Below, one piece after another: positions 59,262 to 64,000 of a DNA stretch of 64,000 bases (positions are counted from its first letter, which is position 1; the number at the start of each line of letters is the position of its first letter). The notes under the pieces were generated by a model. That model had not been told where the DNA came from. It saw nothing but the letters and a program-made list of their open reading frames with translations, and ran no database searches. Both the position numbers and the translations under genes were made by a program. The DNA lies in NCBI GenBank assembly GCA_035517655.1, contig DATIYJ010000060.1:4015-68014 (forward strand), given 5' to 3'. This DNA comes from Nitrospiria bacterium. Lineage in GTDB: Bacteria > Nitrospirota > Nitrospiria > JACQBZ01.

Positions 59262-59582
59262 GTGCCAACCTATAGCAAAAAGAAACTCGGGTTTCTTCTA
59301 TCCACACCTCCCAAGCATCCCAACCTTGAAACCGTCATTCGCCTGACCGAAACCGCCTTGGCCGCCAACTATCAGGTTTATTTATATCTGATCGACCAAG
59401 GAACCCTCGCAATGGATCATCCCCGTTTGAATGCGTTATCCGAGCAAGGGCTGAAATTATTTGTTTGCGCTTATGGAGCGGAGCACCACCATGTTTCGCT
59501 GACCGGGAAAGCCACCCCGTGCGGATTGGTCGTTCTCTCCGACCTGATCAAAGGCTGTGACCAATTCATTTCGTTTAACTGA
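59262..59582 (+). CDS. DsrE/TusD-like sulfurtransferase subunit
   Basis: 106 aa. …KLFVCAYGAEHH… aligns by eye with the active-site Cys region of E. coli TusD (…LNICVAAALRRG…). GTG is the only in-frame start. Confidence 0.65.
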   Translation: MPTYSKKKLGFLLSTPPKHPNLETVIRLTETALAANYQVYLYLIDQGTLAMDHPRLNALSEQGLKLFVCAYGAEHHHVSLTGKATPCGLVVLSDLIKGCDQFISFN

Positions 59583-59590
59583 TCCCCTCC

Positions 59591-59938
59591 ATGGCTGATA
59601 CCATTCTGGTTCTGATTAAAAGCGATCCTCTCGAAAGCCATCGACCGGTGGAGGCCGTCCGCATCGCTCTGGGCTTGGTCAGCAGTGACCATTCCGTGGC
59701 GGTCGTACTGCTCAACCGGTCCCCGCTTCTGCTGTCGGTCGACACCGAAGACCTCATCGATGGCGACCTCCTCCAGAAATATCTCCCCGCCTTCAAAGAA
59801 TTGGGCCAGACTTTCTGGGTCGAGGAAAACGCGTTCAAGACCCATCTGCCGGAAGGATCGGACTATGCCATCCAGGCCGTTTCGTTTGAGAAAATTGCCG
59901 ATCTTGTTCAACGGACCGACCGATTTTTTATCTTTTAA
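59591..59938 (+). CDS. DsrF/TusC-like protein
   Basis: 115 aa with MADTILVLIKSDPLESHRPVEAVRIALGL… and a C-terminal …DRFFIF (compare TusC …VILRF). Confidence 0.6.
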   Translation: MADTILVLIKSDPLESHRPVEAVRIALGLVSSDHSVAVVLLNRSPLLLSVDTEDLIDGDLLQKYLPAFKELGQTFWVEENAFKTHLPEGSDYAIQAVSFEKIADLVQRTDRFFIF

Positions 59939-59950
59939 TCGAGGAGCGAG

Positions 59951-60214
59951 ATGGTCCGTATTCTTCATGTGCTAAAAGATGCCAATCCCGCCGAAGCCTT
60001 AACGGTCATTTCAAGGGAAGCGAAGGGGTCCGCTCAAGACCTGTCTGTCCTTCTTATTCAGGAGGCGGTTCGTTTGACACCGGACCTACCGGTCAAGATC
60101 TATGTTCTGGAAGAAGACGCTCAAAAGAGAGGGATGGCCGCGGGATTCGAACCGATTAATTACACAAAAATGCTCGATCTGATTCTATCTTCTCATTCAA
60201 TCATCGTATGGTAA
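59951..60214 (+). CDS. DsrH/TusB-like protein
   Basis: 87 aa with …LSVLLIQEAV…KIYVLEEDAQKRG… and a C-terminal …IIVW (compare TusB …QMAW). Confidence 0.6.
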   Translation: MVRILHVLKDANPAEALTVISREAKGSAQDLSVLLIQEAVRLTPDLPVKIYVLEEDAQKRGMAAGFEPINYTKMLDLILSSHSIIVW

Positions 60215-60221
60215 CCCATAC

Positions 60222-60434
60222 CTACTCGTGGGCCGCTTTATATTCTTCATACCAGGCCATTTGAATCGCTTCCAATATTTTTTCATTAGAGGCCTTGGGA
60301 TCGTCCTTGAACTCGGACAATTCCGTCACCCATTGGTGCATCTGGGTGAACCGGACCGTTAAAGGATCAAGTTCCGGATAGCGGTCGATCAACCTCAAAG
60401 CGATCTCTTCTGTATCCTGCCAACCCAACTCCAT
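60222..60434 (-). CDS. iscX: Fe-S cluster assembly protein IscX
   Basis: [36 protein letters not shown]…. Confidence 0.85.
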   Translation of the reverse strand: MELGWQDTEEIALRLIDRYPELDPLTVRFTQMHQWVTELSEFKDDPKASNEKILEAIQMAWYEEYKAAHE

Positions 60435-60452
60435 CCAGAATCTCCCAAGGGA

Positions 60453-60857
60453 TCAATGCCCGCCTTCGCCCTCTTCCATGATTTCCACGATGACATCGCC
60501 CTGGACCACCGCCTGGCAGCCCAACCGCGAGGAAAGAGTCAAGCCTTCGGCCATATCCAGACGATCCTCTTCGTCCTGTTCCATGGCTGAAAGGTTTTCC
60601 ATGCCCTGTTTCACAACAATGTGACAGGTCGTACAGGCACAGTTCCCGCCACAGTTGTGACCCATGGTAATCCCATGGGCCAGAGCGATATCCAGCAAAG
60701 AACCCGGCTTTCCGTCGTGCTGCAAAGGAAATTGTGACTCATCCACTTCCACCGTCTTATTCACCGGCAGAAAAGTCACCTTGTACTTCTTTTTGACGCC
60801 GTTCCCTTCCATAGCGGCTTGGCTGTTCTGTAAAACATTCCCGATTTTTGTTTCCAT
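60453..60857 (-). CDS. fdx: ISC-system [2Fe-2S] ferredoxin
   Basis: …HNCGGNCACTTCHIVV…RLGCQAVV…. The Cys pattern matches that of E. coli Fdx. Confidence 0.9.
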   Translation of the reverse strand: METKIGNVLQNSQAAMEGNGVKKKYKVTFLPVNKTVEVDESQFPLQHDGKPGSLLDIALAHGITMGHNCGGNCACTTCHIVVKQGMENLSAMEQDEEDRLDMAEGLTLSSRLGCQAVVQGDVIVEIMEEGEGGH

Positions 60858-60885
60858 GGAAAGTCTTTCCCGTCCTTCGACCGAA

Positions 60886-62709
60886 TCAGGGCAGTTCCGA
60901 AAGTTCTTTATCCTTTAAGCCGCTCTGCAAGGTCGAATCCATTAAACGTTCGGCCAGATGAACCGTGATCTTGTCTAGCTGTTCGATTCGTTCCCGAATA
61001 ACACGGTGGTCGTTCCCCTCCACCGATCGCTTAAGTTCCGCCACCTGGTCCTGGATTTGGCGCTTCTCTTCCGGTTCGATGAGTTGCTCGCCTTGTTTTA
61101 AGGCCCGTTCGGTATGACGAAGAATCGTCTCGGCCTCGTTCCGCGCCTCAACCAGGAGCCGGGCTTCGACATCGCTTTTTGCAAACTTGAATGAATCCTC
61201 GATCATTCGCGTTACGTCGTCATCACTGAGACCGTAGGAGGGCTTCACATCGACGGACTGCTCCCGTCCGCTCCGAAGGTCTTTCGCACCCACATGAAGA
61301 ATCCCGTTCGCATCGATCGTAAAGTTGACCTCGATCCGCGGCATGCCCGCCGGCAAGGGATCGAGGTCCTTAAGCTGAAATCTCGCGAGGCTGCGATTAT
61401 CTTTGACCAACTCCCGCTCTCCTTGGAAGACATGGACGTCCACGGAATGCTGACCGTCAACGAACGTCGTGAACAGCTCCTTGGCGTTCGTCGGAATCGT
61501 GCTGTTGCGCGGAATCAGGACGCTCATGACTCCGCCCATCGTTTCGATGCCGAGCGACAAGGGCGTCACGTCCAGCAAGAGCATGTTTTGAATACCGCCC
61601 GCCAGGATATCGGCCTGGACCGCGGCACCCAAGGCGACCACTTCATCTGGATTCAGCTCAGAATGGGGCGCTTTCTGAAAAAACTCCTGAACCATCCGGC
61701 CCACCAAGGGCATGCGCGTCGCACCGCCCACCAATACGACTTCGTCGATATTCTCCGGCGTTAAACGCGCATCTTCCAGAGCCTGACGACACGGCCCCAT
61801 CGTTAAGTCGATCAGATCTTTGACCAGCGATTCCAACTCAACCCGTTTCATGGATCGGCGGTAAACAATTCCCTGTTTGAGCGGCACTACAATGTCGGTC
61901 ACCTCGTCCGCGGACAGTCGCCGTTTGGCTTTCTCGACTTCCAAGCGAATCTGCTGGACCACCTCCACATCCTTTCGGAGGTCCTGACCCAATTGAACCT
62001 GGATTTCTTTTAACACCTGCTCCATCACGCGTTGGTCGAGATCATCTCCTCCCAAATGGGTGTTCCCGTTGGTGGACAGAACTTCAAAAATGCCCTCCTT
62101 AACTTTCAGGATGGAAATATCAAAAGTCCCGCCTCCCAAGTCGTAAATCGCAATCACGCCGTGCTTTTTTTTCTGGAGACCGTAGGCCAAACAGGCCGCC
62201 GTGGGTTCATTGACAATACGCAAGACATCCAATCCCGCGATCCGTCCCGCATCCTTGGTCGCCTGGCGCTGACTGTCGTTAAAATAGGCCGGCACCGTGA
62301 TGACGGCCTGCGTAACCGACGTCCCCAAAAATTCCTCTGCGCGCTGTTTGACTTCCTTAAGAATGAGCGCCGATAACTCGGGCGGGGTTAATCGGTAAGG
62401 GCCTAATTCAACCTGAATAATACCCGGTTGCTTTTCGGTCATGGAAACCGGAAAATATTTTCGTTCTTCCTGCGCATCCAAAAGCCCTTTTCCCATCAAG
62501 CGCTTGATCGAATAAACCGTCGATTGCGGATGGGTAATCAAACGATTCTTGGCTCTGTCCCCGACAATCCAGCCCTGTTCATCGATTGAGATCACGGATG
62601 GGACAAGCGTCCGACCCTCGCCGTCCGCAATGACCCTCGGCTCTTTACCGTCCATATATGCGACGAGGCTATTGGTGGTGCCTAAATCGATTCCCACAAT
62701 CTTGGACAT
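60886..62709 (-). CDS. hscA: Fe-S protein assembly chaperone HscA (Hsp70 family)
   Basis: MSKIVGIDLGTTNSLVAYM…DLGGGTFD…. I place the start at ATG 62709, downstream of the hscB stop (62723). Confidence 0.93.
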   Translation of the reverse strand: MSKIVGIDLGTTNSLVAYMDGKEPRVIADGEGRTLVPSVISIDEQGWIVGDRAKNRLITHPQSTVYSIKRLMGKGLLDAQEERKYFPVSMTEKQPGIIQVELGPYRLTPPELSALILKEVKQRAEEFLGTSVTQAVITVPAYFNDSQRQATKDAGRIAGLDVLRIVNEPTAACLAYGLQKKKHGVIAIYDLGGGTFDISILKVKEGIFEVLSTNGNTHLGGDDLDQRVMEQVLKEIQVQLGQDLRKDVEVVQQIRLEVEKAKRRLSADEVTDIVVPLKQGIVYRRSMKRVELESLVKDLIDLTMGPCRQALEDARLTPENIDEVVLVGGATRMPLVGRMVQEFFQKAPHSELNPDEVVALGAAVQADILAGGIQNMLLLDVTPLSLGIETMGGVMSVLIPRNSTIPTNAKELFTTFVDGQHSVDVHVFQGERELVKDNRSLARFQLKDLDPLPAGMPRIEVNFTIDANGILHVGAKDLRSGREQSVDVKPSYGLSDDDVTRMIEDSFKFAKSDVEARLLVEARNEAETILRHTERALKQGEQLIEPEEKRQIQDQVAELKRSVEGNDHRVIRERIEQLDKITVHLAERLMDSTLQSGLKDKELSELP

Positions 62710-62722
62710 GCTTCTTTTTCCT

Positions 62723-63430
62723 TCACGAAAGATCCCGAAGGCCTTCATCCAGATCCCGAAGGACGGTGTTTAAGTAGGCCCGGACGGATAGGAAATCTTT
62801 CATCCGTTGCAGTAACGACTGCTGATTTTTCCGCGGTTCGTCCGCTTTAGAATACCGTTGATCCTGCCACCGATCCCACTCGTCAAACAGACGGAAGAGC
62901 CCTTTCTCCGCCGCGATTTTCCTGGAACTTATTTTTTCCCTCTCCGTCATCAATGTTTCCCGAAGGGCCGCGCTCCTTTGCGGATCCTTCGTCCGAAATT
63001 GTCGGTACTCTTCCAGGGATTCCTGAAGTTCCAGAATCTCTTCCAATAAGTCGGGAGGGGCTTTGGCCGGGATATCTTTCACCGCCCCTTCTTCGAGATT
63101 AATGAGGTACTCGACGCGAAGAATCGGATCCCGGAGGGCGCGATAGGCCGCATTTAACATAGCCGAGTTTTGAAGGCTGATTGCTTTTTCCTTGTCCGAT
63201 CTTCGTTGGAAAAGATCCGGATGAATCTTCCGGCTTAACTCATGAAACCGTCGTTCTAAATCGTGAAGATCGATGGCTAGATGACGGGGAAGCCCCAGCT
63301 GCTGAAAATAATCGAGGTCGGACGCGGCCGGTTGAATCTTGATGCACTGGTCACAGAAATATTCGCCTCCCACTTCGGATTGACAATTCCAGCACAGACT
63401 TCTAGCCAGCGAATCTTTTTCACGCGACAC
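62723..63430 (-). CDS. hscB: Fe-S protein assembly co-chaperone HscB with an N-terminal Cys4 zinc finger
   Basis: CWNCQSEVGGEYFCDQC, then a J-domain (DYFQQLGLPRHL…HPD). Confidence 0.85.
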   Translation of the reverse strand: MSREKDSLARSLCWNCQSEVGGEYFCDQCIKIQPAASDLDYFQQLGLPRHLAIDLHDLERRFHELSRKIHPDLFQRRSDKEKAISLQNSAMLNAAYRALRDPILRVEYLINLEEGAVKDIPAKAPPDLLEEILELQESLEEYRQFRTKDPQRSAALRETLMTEREKISSRKIAAEKGLFRLFDEWDRWQDQRYSKADEPRKNQQSLLQRMKDFLSVRAYLNTVLRDLDEGLRDLS

Positions 63431-63474
63431 AGCTCTTTATCCCTGCCGATCCAAAGGTTGAATTTCCGACCATG

Positions 63475-63798
63475 TTAGGCCGAGAAAGAACTCCCACATC
63501 CGCAACTTTTGGTGGCGTTCGGGTTGACAAATTTAAAACCGGTGCCATCAAGGCCGTTCACAAAATCCAACGTCGTCCCTTCGAGATAGAGAAGGCTCTT
63601 CGGATCAACCACCACTTTGACACCATGGACATCGAAGACTTGATCCTGCTCACGGGTTTCCGACTCAAAATTCAGCGTGTAAGACATCCCCGAACATCCG
63701 CCTCCCTTCACACCCATCCGTAGATTGACGTCCGTCAGATTTTGTGCCTGCATCAATCGTTTCACCTCGTTGGCCGCATTTTCAGTTAATGTAATCAT
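63475..63798 (-). CDS. iscA: Iron-sulfur cluster insertion/assembly protein IscA (HesB family)
   Basis: …GGGCSGMSY…FVNPNATKSCGCGSSF. Confidence 0.9.
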   Translation of the reverse strand: MITLTENAANEVKRLMQAQNLTDVNLRMGVKGGGCSGMSYTLNFESETREQDQVFDVHGVKVVVDPKSLLYLEGTTLDFVNGLDGTGFKFVNPNATKSCGCGSSFSA

Positions 63799-63819
63799 CT
63801 CGTTTCCTCCTCTCTTCGG

Positions 63820-64000
63820 TTAAACAGAACTGTCGCTCTCGGTTTTTTTTCGATAATCCGCAATGGCCGCTTTAATGGCATCCTCCGCCAGAACGGAGCA
63901 ATGAATTTTCACCGGCGGTAATGACAGTTCTTGGACTATCTCGGTATTCTTAATTTTTTCTGCTTCGTCCAACGTTTTCCCTTTCATCCATTCGGTTGCG
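63820..64000 (-). CDS. iscU: Fe-S cluster assembly scaffold IscU (C-terminal 59 codons; 5' end beyond the window)
   Basis: My translation of the rc reads ATEWMKGKTLDEAEKIKNTEIVQELSLPPVKIHCSVLAEDAIKAAIADYRKK…*, nearly identical in pattern to the E. coli IscU C-terminus. It is not in the ORF track. Confidence 0.9.
   Translation of the reverse strand, partial: ATEWMKGKTLDEAEKIKNTEIVQELSLPPVKIHCSVLAEDAIKAAIADYRKKTESDSSV

Overview
A gene-dense chromosomal segment, roughly 58-62% GC by eye, from a diderm bacterium (it encodes TolC, a TonB-dependent receptor and a lipoprotein). I cannot assign a lineage from sequence alone. I support about 62 protein-coding genes. I saw no rRNA, tRNA, CRISPR array, transposase or integrase. 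All calls rest on my own reading of the ORF translations and DNA; no database search was run.

Layout:
- 1-11115, minus strand: one long TetR-headed operon. It encodes a MacB/DevC-type ABC exporter, one TolC, a second HlyD plus ABC-2 exporter, then a P-type ATPase resembling eukaryotic P3A H+-ATPases that runs off the window edge.
- 11148-22168, minus strand: a c-di-GMP signalling cluster of a YfiR/DUF4154-like protein, a periplasmic-sensor histidine kinase, a CheY-like REC protein, REC-GGDEF-EAL, a TonB-dependent receptor and REC-5xPAS-GGDEF-EAL.
- 22641-26117: pntAA-pntAB-pntB-aat.
- 26114-36026, minus strand: pheA-hisC-DAHPS-tyrA-aroA-cmk-plsC-rpsA-sppA-ihfB.
- 36185-38086: a small cluster around a stand-alone tandem-V4R protein.
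- 38173-52378: aldo/keto reductase plus MEKHLA protein, a methyltransferase, yebC-ruvCAB, a lipoprotein, mgsA, a DedA protein, a second DAHP synthase, an aldolase/SDR fusion, uvrA and ubiE.
- 52375-58872: a DUF4279-like protein, an orphan B12-binding radical SAM enzyme, a small conserved ORF behind a promoter-then-terminator leader, a HEAT-repeat protein and nrdJ.
- 59262-64000: a dsrEFH/tusDCB-like trio placed tail-to-tail with iscU-iscA-hscB-hscA-fdx-iscX.

Most interesting items:
- the tandem-V4R module
- the TonB-receptor-linked c-di-GMP cluster
- the promoter/terminator non-coding unit at 55053-55246
- the DsrEFH-like genes beside the ISC operon
- a recurring leaderless promoter architecture
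- DnaA-box-like repeats upstream of nrdJ
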